Part shown: positions 1 to 8,831 of the stretch, piece after piece
Layout: each line of letters starts with the position of its first letter
Position numbering within the stretch: position 1 is the first letter of the stretch
NCBI GenBank assembly: GCA_027053075.1
Contig: JALUEE010000111.1
Coordinates: forward strand, 1 to 23,676
DNA: 23,676 nucleotides
Origin: a candidate division WOR-3 bacterium
GTDB lineage: Bacteria > Hydrothermota > Hydrothermia > B15-G9 > WFZT01
Reading direction: 5' to 3'
Made by a program: the position numbers and the translations under genes
The notes under the pieces: model-generated
The model's input: the letters and a program-made list of their open reading frames with translations, nothing else
Database searches by the model: none
Told to the model about the DNA's origin: nothing

Positions 1-24
1 TTCGGGCGCCGCCCTAAATTATTT

Positions 25-1263
25 TTATTCTCCCTTCTTCTCCCACTCAGGTACAGGTGGGACATTGAACCAATCTGTGGCTGCTACCAGTTTCCCATTC
101 TTAATCGTTACAAGTCTAATTCCTTTCGCTCCTCTGTGATCATAAGGACTGTAGGATATAGGTGTGGTGAGTCCCTTCGTGTCAAAGTTCTTCATGGACT
201 CAAATGCCTTGTAAACGTCCTCACCTTTAACCTTCTTGTAGTTTCCTCCTTTTGCTTTGAGGGCCATCTCAACGGCATGAATCATGACCATTGCGTTGAC
301 CAGACCCGTAACATACTGAGGGTCTCTGTACTTGATGTTTGGATGATACTTGGCATTGAGCATCTTGGCAAACTTGATTCCTTCTGAATTATCAGACCAG
401 ATGCCGAAAGGCATGGCGCCGAGATATCCCTCGGCCGCATCCCCGGCCAGCTCGGCCAGTTTCTGACCACTACTCCAGAAATTACCGGTGAAGATTACAT
501 TGTCCATCCCGAGTTTCTTGGCATCTTTGAGAATTGTGCTGGTTGCCATGAATGTTTCCTGAATGAATACAAAGTCTGCCTTCTTCTGCTTGATTCTCAG
601 AAGCTGGGAGGTTGCCTCGAGGGCGCGGAGGCCTACCTGCTCAATGTCAACGAGGTCAATACCAAGTTTTTTTGCATACTCTTTGGCAGGTTTTATTGGT
701 GCCCTACCATAGCCTGTATCGTTGTAAATCAGGGCCATTCTGAGAGGTCTATTTTTGTTCCAGTGGTCTTTCATGTATTTCATCACAGCTCTTACATGGT
801 CTGCGTAAGTGGTAGCGGCGAGGAAGTTCCATTTTGGTGGCCAGACAAGATGCTGAGAGAATGAGGCTGAGATGTAAGGAATTTTGTCCTTAACAACCTT
901 CTCTTTCAATGCCTCAGAGTCACCGGTTCCCCAACCAATGATAGCGACAACATGATCCTGCTTGACGTATTTTGTGTAGGTTGAGATTGCCTGGGGAACT
1001 TTGTACTGATAGTCGGTCCAGATGAGTTTGATCTTGACCCCGTTGCCGATCCCTCCCTTTTCATTAATGTAGCGGACGTAGTCGCGAACACCATCAGCGT
1101 ATGGGGCGCCGACGTCACCGGTAGGTCCGGTAATATCGAATAATGCACCGATTTTGATCTCCTTTTTCGCCTCTGCTCTGCCCGGTGTAAACACCATACC
1201 CATGGCCACAAGGGCCACAATCACGAGGGGATAGGCTATCCCCTTTAGCCATTTGTACATCAT
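25..1263 (-). CDS. livK: HAAT-family (Liv-type) ABC transporter substrate-binding protein
   Basis: 412 aa with a signal peptide (AEA cleavage site), 'IKIGALFDITGP' PBP type-1 start and 'IYNDTGYG' motif; AGGAGGT SD upstream; operon context. Substrate is probably not Leu/Ile/Val. Confidence 0.88.
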   Translation of the reverse strand: MMYKWLKGIAYPLVIVALVAMGMVFTPGRAEAKKEIKIGALFDITGPTGDVGAPYADGVRDYVRYINEKGGIGNGVKIKLIWTDYQYKVPQAISTYTKYVKQDHVVAIIGWGTGDSEALKEKVVKDKIPYISASFSQHLVWPPKWNFLAATTYADHVRAVMKYMKDHWNKNRPLRMALIYNDTGYGRAPIKPAKEYAKKLGIDLVDIEQVGLRALEATSQLLRIKQKKADFVFIQETFMATSTILKDAKKLGMDNVIFTGNFWSSGQKLAELAGDAAEGYLGAMPFGIWSDNSEGIKFAKMLNAKYHPNIKYRDPQYVTGLVNAMVMIHAVEMALKAKGGNYKKVKGEDVYKAFESMKNFDTKGLTTPISYSPYDHRGAKGIRLVTIKNGKLVAATDWFNVPPVPEWEKKGE

Positions 1264-1286
1264 GTTACACCTCCTTTTAAATTAGC

Positions 1287-2339
1287 CTAATAAGAGAATG
1301 GCCATAACTTCCAGTAGGCCTTAATCATTTGCCATCTGTGATTAAGGCCATCTGGCTCGTAAATAAGAAACAGAATAATGGTCAACCCAAAAACCACATC
1401 CCTCATTGCGGAAACGAAATTACCTATAGAAGGATAGATTCCGGACAGAGCACCGGCGATCAGCTTTAAAATTTCAGGTAATAGGACCATGAAGATTGCT
1501 CCGTAAATGGAACCAAGTACACTTCCAACGCCACCAATGATGATCATGGCAAGGTAATCTACCGAAACACTAAGGGTGAAGTGCTCAGGTGTGATGATTG
1601 TGACGTAATGGGCCCACAAGGAACCTGCCACACCTGCATAAAAGGAGCTGACAAAGAACGCAAGGAGTTTGTATTTGTAAAGGTTTATCCCGATAATCTC
1701 CGCTGCAAGGTCGTTATCACGAATTGCCATAAATGCCCGTCCCACTCGACTTCTCTGTAAATTTTTGGCAAAAGTCGTGGCAAGCACTGCGAAAAACATG
1801 GTCAGGAAGTAGTATTTTTTGTCAGTATCAAATACGAATCCGAAAAGTGACGGTGGATTAACAGGAAGTCCTGATGTGCCCTTGGTGAGGCTTGACCAGT
1901 GTATCATAACAAAGTTGATGATTACTTGAGCCGCCAGTGTCGCAATGGCAAGATATAGCCCCTTCACCCTTAAAGATGGGATCCCAAAGATGAGGCCGAC
2001 AATTGCTGTAAAAAATCCGGCAAATATAATGGCTATCCAGAAAGGGAAATGCAGTCTCATCACGAGTAGAGCAGAGGTGTAGGCGCCTACACCAATAAAA
2101 GCGCCGTGACCAAGAGAAATCTGCCCGGCAAAGCCAGTCAAAATGTTTAGTCCAAGTGCGCCAATAATGGCTATCCCTATGAGGTTGGCCAGTGAAAGGA
2201 AGTAATAATTCGACACAAATGGAAATACGATCAGAGCGATAAAAAATACAGCCATCCAGAACTTCAGGAACTTCGTCCTGAAGAGCGCCATATCCTGCTT
2301 ATAAGTTGTATTAAAGGTGCCGCATGGTAATCTATACAT
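1287..2339 (-). CDS. livM: HAAT-family ABC transporter permease (LivM-like)
   Basis: Hydrophobic; 'LNILTGFAGQISLGHGAF', 'LRVKGLYLAIATLA' and 'GRAFMAIRDN' are LivM signatures. Confidence 0.93.
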   Translation of the reverse strand: MYRLPCGTFNTTYKQDMALFRTKFLKFWMAVFFIALIVFPFVSNYYFLSLANLIGIAIIGALGLNILTGFAGQISLGHGAFIGVGAYTSALLVMRLHFPFWIAIIFAGFFTAIVGLIFGIPSLRVKGLYLAIATLAAQVIINFVMIHWSSLTKGTSGLPVNPPSLFGFVFDTDKKYYFLTMFFAVLATTFAKNLQRSRVGRAFMAIRDNDLAAEIIGINLYKYKLLAFFVSSFYAGVAGSLWAHYVTIITPEHFTLSVSVDYLAMIIIGGVGSVLGSIYGAIFMVLLPEILKLIAGALSGIYPSIGNFVSAMRDVVFGLTIILFLIYEPDGLNHRWQMIKAYWKLWPFSY

Positions 2340-2341
2340 GG

Positions 2342-3226
2342 CTATACCCTCTCTATCCTTTCAAGTCCAAAAAGACCGTATGGTTTTATCATGAGAACTA
2401 TGACGAGGATGATGAATGCGGTAACTTCCCGTGTCCCGCCTCCGAAGTAAGGGTCGAGGTATCCACTTGCAAGGTTTTCAATAATTCCAATAGTGAAGCC
2501 GCCGATTATTGCCCCGGGCACAGAATCAAGACCTCCAAGAATTACCACGGGGAATACCCTCAGCCCGAATTCGGCGACAGAAATGTTAATTCCATTGATA
2601 TTTCCGAGCAGTATCCCACCAACAGCAGCGACTACTGCGGCGACTGCCCAGGCCATAGCAAAAACTTTCTTTACCGAAATTCCCATTGATAGCGCTGCTG
2701 TCTGGTCGTCAGCCGTTGCCCTCATAGCGATTCCAATGTCCGTATATTTAAAGAAGAGGGTGAAAATGACGAGGAATATCACGGAGAGGACCAATGACCA
2801 GAGGTAAACCTGAGAAATTCGCACAAAGCCGATTTTAACAGGATTTTCCGAGAAAATCGGTGGAAAAACACGAGTCTCGGTTCCCCAGAGGATAATAACA
2901 AGTCCACGGAGGAATACGGATAGTCCGATGGTTAGCATAATCACTGAAAGGATAGGCTCACCAATCATGGGTCTTAAAAACAGCCTCTCAATAGCAAATC
3001 CCAGTAAGACGGCGAAAATCAGCGTTATGATGAAGGACAGGAGGAATGGAATATGAAGGGATACTGTGAGCCAGAGGGCCATATAGGCGCCAATTAATAC
3101 GAGCTCACCCTGGGCAAAGTTGATAACACTCGAGGATTTGTAAATTAAAACGAATCCCAGGGCCACCATTGCATAAACACTTCCTAAAACGAGCCCGGTT
3201 ACTATGAGCTGGATAAAATACTGCAA
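2342..3226 (-). CDS. livH: HAAT-family ABC transporter permease (LivH-like)
   Basis: 'GSVYAMVALGFVLIY...VINFAQGE', 'GIAMRATADD' and 'KPYGLFG'; TTG start after GGAGG SD. Confidence 0.93.
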   Translation of the reverse strand: MQYFIQLIVTGLVLGSVYAMVALGFVLIYKSSSVINFAQGELVLIGAYMALWLTVSLHIPFLLSFIITLIFAVLLGFAIERLFLRPMIGEPILSVIMLTIGLSVFLRGLVIILWGTETRVFPPIFSENPVKIGFVRISQVYLWSLVLSVIFLVIFTLFFKYTDIGIAMRATADDQTAALSMGISVKKVFAMAWAVAAVVAAVGGILLGNINGINISVAEFGLRVFPVVILGGLDSVPGAIIGGFTIGIIENLASGYLDPYFGGGTREVTAFIILVIVLMIKPYGLFGLERIERV

Positions 3227-3242
3227 GGTCTAACCTCCCTTG

Positions 3243-5141
3243 TTAAAACATGTTTTCAATCTTAACCGAAGCCTTTACTATTGCCTCTCTACCGTCCCTG
3301 TATTTGACCTTTGCCTGAACATCAACTCTTTCCCTGCCTTCGTATAGTGCTTCAACGAGGTCCTTGTACTTTTGCTCAATGAATCTCCTCCTGACTTTGT
3401 TTGTACGGGTAAGCTCCTGGTCATCTGCGTCGAGCTGTTTGTGCAAAATCAAGAATCTCTTTATCCTCGCAGCCTCTGGAAGCTGCTTGTTTACCTTCTC
3501 TACATCCTTTCTGATGAGCTCATATACCTCCGGTTTCTGAGAGAGGTCGGTGTACGAAGTGTAGGGTATCTGGTGATTTTCTGCCCACTTACCCACATTT
3601 TCAAAATCAATGTTAATAAATGCCGTTACAAAGGGTTTTTGTTTCCCAAAGACCACAGCCTCTTTGATGTATGGGCTGAATTTTAGCTTGTTCTCAATGT
3701 ATTGAGGCGAGAAAATGCTTCCATCTGAGAGCCGCATAACATCTTTCATACGGTCAATGACCACAAGATGTCCATCTTCGTCAATGTACCCAGCATCTCC
3801 TGAGTGCAGCCATCCATCTTTTAAGGCCTCGGCTGTTGCCTCGGGGTTCTTGTAATACCCCTTAAATACACTGGGAGACCTTGAGAGAATTTCGCCCTCT
3901 TCTGAGATTCTGATTTCGGTTTCGGGGATAGGTTTTCCGACTGTTTCAAATTTAATGTCGTCGTCGCGGTGGACAACGGAGATCCCTGCGATCTCTGTTT
4001 GTCCATAAATCTGCTTAAGGTTTACACCGATTGCGTGATAAAACCTGAAGACATCAGGCCCGAGGGCTGCACCGCCTGTGTAGGCCTTCCTGATTCGTGA
4101 CATTCCAATTCTGTCTTTAAGGGCCCTGAAGAGCATCCAGTAACCGATCTTATAGAGAATTTTCCACTTGAGAGGCGGTTTTTGCTTGTTAAATTTGAAA
4201 TCGGCCATTTTGTAGCCGACAGGCATAAATGTGTTGTAAATAAATCTCTTGAACGGAGTTGTATCTTCAATTTTTACCTGAATTGTGGATACGATACCTT
4301 CCCAGACACGGGGTGGGGAAAACATAACATGTGGCCCTATTTCACGGATATTTTCTGAAACAGTGGTGGGCTCTTCAGGGAAATTAACCTTGAAACCGAT
4401 GAGGAGTCCACCTGAAACTGACATCATCTGCTCGCCTACCCACGCAAGAGGCAGGAAGGAGACAAACTCATCGTCCGGATACATGGGGTCAACTTTCACG
4501 AGGAGGTTTTCAGCCATCTTAATCATGTTTTTGTGGGACAGCATGGCGAGTTTTGGCATGGAAGTTGTCCCGGAAGTCGTAAGGATGAGGGCAATATCTT
4601 CTTCATCCCCCTTATCAATCTCCTCTTCAAAAAGATCAGGGTGCTCTTTTTCAAATTCCTTTCCAAGTTCGACAACCTGCTGGAAGCTCATTAATATGGG
4701 GTCCTTGTAGTTTCTCATTCCCTTTGGGTCCCAGTAGATAATCTTTCTCACCAGCGGAAGCTCGTCTTTGATCTCGAGGACTTTATCAGTTTGCTCCTGA
4801 TCTTCTGTGACGACATAAACAGAATCGGATAGCTCGACTATGTACTTGATTTCAGGCGGAGTTGAATCAGGATAAATCCCAATTACAGCGCCTCCAAGGG
4901 CCTGAGTGGCGATTTCGGCGTAGACCCATTCTGGCTCGTTATGGCCAATGATGGAGACGTGCTCTCCCCTTTCGAAGCCCAGTTTTTTGAGACCGAGGGC
5001 AAAGTATTTTACGATCTCATAGTACCCCTTCCATGTAACTTCATTCCATATCCCATAGTCTTTTTCTCTGATGGCAATCCTGCTATCACCCCACTTGAGG
5101 TACTTCTCCCTGAGAAGTTTCGGGAAGGTATAGTTACCCAT
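3243..5141 (-). CDS. Long-chain acyl-CoA ligase (AMP-binding, FAA1/ACSL-like)
   Basis: AMP-binding motifs 'TTSGTTSMPK', 'YGQTE', 'GWLHSGDAG', 'IDRMKD'. ATG at 5141 after GGGAG is preferred over TTG at 5147. Confidence 0.9.
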   Translation of the reverse strand: MGNYTFPKLLREKYLKWGDSRIAIREKDYGIWNEVTWKGYYEIVKYFALGLKKLGFERGEHVSIIGHNEPEWVYAEIATQALGGAVIGIYPDSTPPEIKYIVELSDSVYVVTEDQEQTDKVLEIKDELPLVRKIIYWDPKGMRNYKDPILMSFQQVVELGKEFEKEHPDLFEEEIDKGDEEDIALILTTSGTTSMPKLAMLSHKNMIKMAENLLVKVDPMYPDDEFVSFLPLAWVGEQMMSVSGGLLIGFKVNFPEEPTTVSENIREIGPHVMFSPPRVWEGIVSTIQVKIEDTTPFKRFIYNTFMPVGYKMADFKFNKQKPPLKWKILYKIGYWMLFRALKDRIGMSRIRKAYTGGAALGPDVFRFYHAIGVNLKQIYGQTEIAGISVVHRDDDIKFETVGKPIPETEIRISEEGEILSRSPSVFKGYYKNPEATAEALKDGWLHSGDAGYIDEDGHLVVIDRMKDVMRLSDGSIFSPQYIENKLKFSPYIKEAVVFGKQKPFVTAFINIDFENVGKWAENHQIPYTSYTDLSQKPEVYELIRKDVEKVNKQLPEAARIKRFLILHKQLDADDQELTRTNKVRRRFIEQKYKDLVEALYEGRERVDVQAKVKYRDGREAIVKASVKIENMF

Positions 5142-5167
5142 AAGCAATCTCCCTTTAAGGTTGAGAG

Positions 5168-5935
5168 TTAAATTTCTTCGCCGATATAAGCTTTTATGAC
5201 TTTCGGATCGTTCTTGACTTCTTCGGGCTTGCCTTCAGCAATCTTTTTGCCGAAATCAAGGACTGCAACCCGGTCTGAAATGTCCATGACAACGCCCATG
5301 TCATGCTCGATGAGCACAACGGTGATATCCCTTTCCTCGTTTATGTCAATGATAAAACGGACCATGTCCTCTTTTTCTTCGATAGTCATGCCCGCCATGG
5401 GCTCATCCATGAGAATGATTTTCGGGTCCATGGCAAGTGCTCTCCCGAGCTCGACCCTTTTTTGAAGTCCGTAGGATAGCTGACCTGTGACGGCGTATCG
5501 AATATGCTCAATCTCGAGAAAATCAATGATTTCTTCAATCTTTTCTCTGAAGGCAAGCTCTTCCTTTTCGGCGAATCCCCAGTAGATTCCGCCTGAGAGT
5601 ACTCCTGACTTCATGTGAATGTGGGCTCCAAGCATGAGGTTGTCGAGAACGGTCATTCCTTTGAAGAGCTCAATGTTCTGGAAGGTGCGGGCGATTCCAA
5701 GCTCAGCCCGTTTGTGAGATGGGAGGTTGGTGATGTTTTTCCCTTCGAAGTATATGCTTCCTCTCTGAGGGTGATAAAATCCGCTGATTGAGTTGAGGAG
5801 TGAAGTTTTCCCTGCTCCGTTCGGCCCGATGATCGAGAAAATTTCCCTTTTGTAAACGGTGAGACTTACATCAAAGAGGGCATTAACACCCCCGAAGCTC
5901 AAAAACACATTATCGACTCTAAGAATTTCCTCCAT
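5168..5935 (-). CDS. livG: HAAT-family ABC transporter ATP-binding subunit (LivG-like)
   Basis: Walker A GPNGAGKT, 'ARTFQNIELF', 'LSYGLQKRVELGRAL', Walker B ILMDEP, 'IEHDM', C-terminal 'VIKAYIG'. Confidence 0.94.
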   Translation of the reverse strand: MEEILRVDNVFLSFGGVNALFDVSLTVYKREIFSIIGPNGAGKTSLLNSISGFYHPQRGSIYFEGKNITNLPSHKRAELGIARTFQNIELFKGMTVLDNLMLGAHIHMKSGVLSGGIYWGFAEKEELAFREKIEEIIDFLEIEHIRYAVTGQLSYGLQKRVELGRALAMDPKIILMDEPMAGMTIEEKEDMVRFIIDINEERDITVVLIEHDMGVVMDISDRVAVLDFGKKIAEGKPEEVKNDPKVIKAYIGEEI

Positions 5936-6013
5936 AATCTCTCCTCTGGGTTTGGTGGGGTGGGCCGATTATGAGTTCTACTCAATGACTTTTTCATCAT
6001 GTAGCAAAAATTT

Positions 6014-6042
6014 ACTATAAGTAAGGCCGACTAATTTGTCAA
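6014..6042 (-). promoter_or_regulatory. Sigma70-type promoter of the liv/ACSL operon
   Basis: Minus strand TTGACA (6042-6037), 17-nt spacer, TATAGT (6019-6014), about 80 nt upstream of the livG ATG. Confidence 0.75.
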
Positions 6043-6187
6043 GAACCTTTTGGGCGCCAAAATACCTGTAAAATGGTGATAAATGCACAATCTTGCGAAG
6101 TTTCAAATTGTGTCTTGCAGCGGTGATTTACTGAATTAGAGTTGAAATTTTAGGCATGGAGTTAAAAAAGCTGAGGGTAAGATGGGG

Positions 6188-6228
6188 CATGAGGTGGGCC
6201 GCGCACTTCGTGCGCGGCCCACCTCATG
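6188..6228. repeat. Perfect 19-bp inverted repeat with 3-nt loop
   Basis: CATGAGGTGGGCCGCGCAC-TTC-GTGCGCGGCCCACCTCATG; no adjacent U-tract on either strand. Confidence 0.85.
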
Positions 6229-6318
6229 AAAACAGCTTTAGCCCTAATATTTTTCGAACAAGATCAGATGCAATCGAACCTATTAGAGCAAAATTCGAAT
6301 CATTGTTTTCTCAAAAGG

Positions 6319-6360
6319 CCCTCACCTGCGTTTGTTCCCACGCACTCCGTGCGTGGGGCA
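6319..6360 (+). repeat. Degenerate BoxC-like palindromic repeat
   Basis: CCCTCACC head followed by CCCACGCAC-TCC-GTGCGTGGG; same stem core as the 17199-17229 copy. Confidence 0.65.
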
Positions 6361-6383
6361 TACACACTCAATATTTTTTTGCT

Positions 6384-7307
6384 TTATTCATCAGGTGAGA
6401 TGTAAACAAACTCTTCCCCATCCTTAATGTATGCAACCGGCATTGTGGGTGTATTGTGGGCAAAGCCAATATTCCCCATGTTATCAATTGTGATTATACC
6501 TGTTGCCGTTTTCACAGATGAATTTACAATGTCAATCACTGCTTCGGCAGCTTTTGGTGCCGAAACGCCAATCCTCATAAAATCACATGCACTCTTGGAT
6601 AAAACCACCCTGATGATTCCTTCCCCTATTCCTGTTGCTGAGGCACCGCCGAAGCTTGTGGCGTAGGTTCCAGCTCCGATTAATGGCGTATCACCCACTC
6701 TGCCAAATAGTTTGAAAAACACACCTCCTGTGGATGTCCCTGCCACAATTTCACCATCGGAGATTGCAACACATCCCACGGTGCCTCCAAGGAGCTCTGG
6801 GTGTTTTTTGATTAACTCCTGCATCTTATGCCAGGGGAGCTCCGCCTCGCCTGTTTCAAACTTCTCCTTAAGTTCCATCCATTTCTTTCTACGCTCCTCC
6901 GTAATGGGATTGTAATATTCGAATCCCATGGCGCGGGCAAATTTCATTGCCCCCTCACCAGCGAGTAAAACGTGGTCTGTTTCCTCCATGACCTTCCTTG
7001 CAAGAAGTATTGGATTTTTGATGTTTTCAACCCCGGCCACAGCTCCCGCTTCGAGTGTTGACCCCTTCATGATGGATGCATCCATCTCCACCCGACCGTC
7101 GAGGGTTAAAACTGCTCCCGTGCCCGCGTTAAAAACCGGATTATCCTCAAGGGACATTACAGCCCTCACGCATGCTTCAACAGGGTCCCCGGATTTCCTC
7201 AAATATTCATAGCCTGTTTGTGCCGCCTCTCTCACACCTTCCTTAGCCTTTTCCCATTTCTCGAGGGGCCATTTGCCTGAACCGCCGTGAACAATTATCC
7301 CTTTCAT
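6384..7307 (-). CDS. iaaA: Isoaspartyl peptidase / plant-type L-asparaginase (Ntn hydrolase)
   Basis: 'IIVHGG', 'LEDNPVFNAGTG', 'VEMDASIM', nucleophile 'GTVGCVA', 'TSTGG', 'GRVGDTP', 'TGIGE'. Start reassigned to ATG 7307 after AAGGAGG. Confidence 0.93.
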   Translation of the reverse strand: MKGIIVHGGSGKWPLEKWEKAKEGVREAAQTGYEYLRKSGDPVEACVRAVMSLEDNPVFNAGTGAVLTLDGRVEMDASIMKGSTLEAGAVAGVENIKNPILLARKVMEETDHVLLAGEGAMKFARAMGFEYYNPITEERRKKWMELKEKFETGEAELPWHKMQELIKKHPELLGGTVGCVAISDGEIVAGTSTGGVFFKLFGRVGDTPLIGAGTYATSFGGASATGIGEGIIRVVLSKSACDFMRIGVSAPKAAEAVIDIVNSSVKTATGIITIDNMGNIGFAHNTPTMPVAYIKDGEEFVYISPDE

Positions 7308-7397
7308 ACTGCCTCCTTTCAGGAAATTTCTGTTTAGTATAAAATACACTGCCTGGCCATACCAGAGACTCATTGGATGCGTTACAATTAAAAACTC

Positions 7398-8579
7398 ATG
7401 AGAATTTTACACATAACCACTGCGTATCCAAGACGGAGAGGAGACATAATTTCCCCCTGGCTTGTGAGGATGCTGATTAGACTTAAAAAGAGGGGACACC
7501 GGGTTTCTGTTTTTACCTCTTCTTATCGCGGAATGGGTAATCAGGTAACGGATGGCATACACGTGTTCAGGTTCAGGTATGCCCCTAAAAATCTCGAAAT
7601 TCTCACCCACGATATGGCGGTCCCCGAGCGGATGAAGCAGGGGGTTAAGTTTAAACTGCTGGTTTTCCCCTACATTGGCTCAGGGATTTTTCATGCCGCG
7701 ACTTTCCCCGTAATGCACGACATTGTTCACGTTCACTGGCCCATCCCTCATATACTTTTTGGGCTTCCTATGAAATATCGTTGGAAAGCCCCACTTTTCC
7801 TCTATGTCCACGGAGGAGAGCTGAACTTTCTGAAAAAATTACCGGGGACTATGAAAAAAGTTTTCATCAATATGATAAACCGCTCTGATTACATAACAGT
7901 GAATTCGTCTTACACAAAGGGATTGGTTGAAGCCCTTGGCGTGAAAGTGCCTATTGAGGTTATACCTTTCGGAAATCCACATGCTGATAGATTGGTGAAA
8001 TTCAGTATGGAGAAGCCAAGACGCATACTTTTTGTAGGAAGATTGATTAGAGTTAAAGGGCTGGATGACTTGATCAGGGCCTTTAAAATCGTAAGAGAGA
8101 AGTTTCCGGATGCAGAATTGAGACTCGTAGGGGAAGGCCCTATGCGAAAAGAGCTTGAGAATCTTGCTCGCGAGCTTGGAGTTCCGGTAACGTTTGCCGG
8201 CTATAAGTCGGGCAGGGAGCTTGAAGAGGAGTACCTTTCTGCCGGGATTTTTGTGTTACCTTCAAAAGTTGATGAGATTGGACAGACAGAAACACTTGGA
8301 GTGGTCACTATTGAGGCACTTTCATACGGCCTCCCGGTGGTTGCTTCGAACATAGGTGGCATACCCGACGTGATTATTAATGAGGAGACAGGTCTCCTAT
8401 TCGAATCCGGGAATTATCAGCAACTTGCAGAAAAGATTATTACTATTTTTGAGAATCCTGTATTTGCTGCTGAGCTTGTAGAAAAGGGGCAGAAACATAT
8501 AAGTGAAAATTATTCCTGGGACAGGATAGTGGCAAGACTTGAGAATCTATACCGGAAGGCCCTTGCAAAAAGGCGATAA
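7398..8579 (+). CDS. GT4-family (GT-B) glycosyltransferase
   Basis: 'MRILHITTAYP', 'ILFVGRLIRVKG', E-x7-E motif 'ETLGVVTIEALSYGLPVVASNIGGIPD', 'YSWDRIV'. Confidence 0.92.
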   Translation: MRILHITTAYPRRRGDIISPWLVRMLIRLKKRGHRVSVFTSSYRGMGNQVTDGIHVFRFRYAPKNLEILTHDMAVPERMKQGVKFKLLVFPYIGSGIFHAATFPVMHDIVHVHWPIPHILFGLPMKYRWKAPLFLYVHGGELNFLKKLPGTMKKVFINMINRSDYITVNSSYTKGLVEALGVKVPIEVIPFGNPHADRLVKFSMEKPRRILFVGRLIRVKGLDDLIRAFKIVREKFPDAELRLVGEGPMRKELENLARELGVPVTFAGYKSGRELEEEYLSAGIFVLPSKVDEIGQTETLGVVTIEALSYGLPVVASNIGGIPDVIINEETGLLFESGNYQQLAEKIITIFENPVFAAELVEKGQKHISENYSWDRIVARLENLYRKALAKRR

Positions 8580-8636
8580 TTAACGGGGGTATGCCTTTTG
8601 TAGCATCACTGAGCTTGTCTGAAAACGTACTTCTGT

Positions 8637-8831
8637 TTATCTTTTCGTGCGGCGCGTAAGTAATTCAAGATTTTCCACTTTGGGCATGACAAGTATCGAA
8701 ACTCCCTCCCTTCCTCGAGGAAGGAAGGAAAACTCTACCGGCTGGTCCGCTATTGTCGGTGAAGTTACTGGGATCGGCTGGAAGAGGTGATATCTAAAAC
8801 TTAGGATTTTTAAAACAAGTTTGAGAATCAC
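8637..8831 (-). CDS. Possible small hypothetical protein (64 aa)
   Basis: GTG start directly abuts the rlmN stop (TAA-GTG), like the TAG-ATG junction upstream; no recognisable motif. Confidence 0.35.
   Translation of the reverse strand: MILKLVLKILSFRYHLFQPIPVTSPTIADQPVEFSFLPRGREGVSILVMPKVENLELLTRRTKR

Noticed and set aside
6156..6398. 80-aa plus-strand ORF
   Set aside because: It runs through two palindromic repeats and has no SD or motif; probably spurious.
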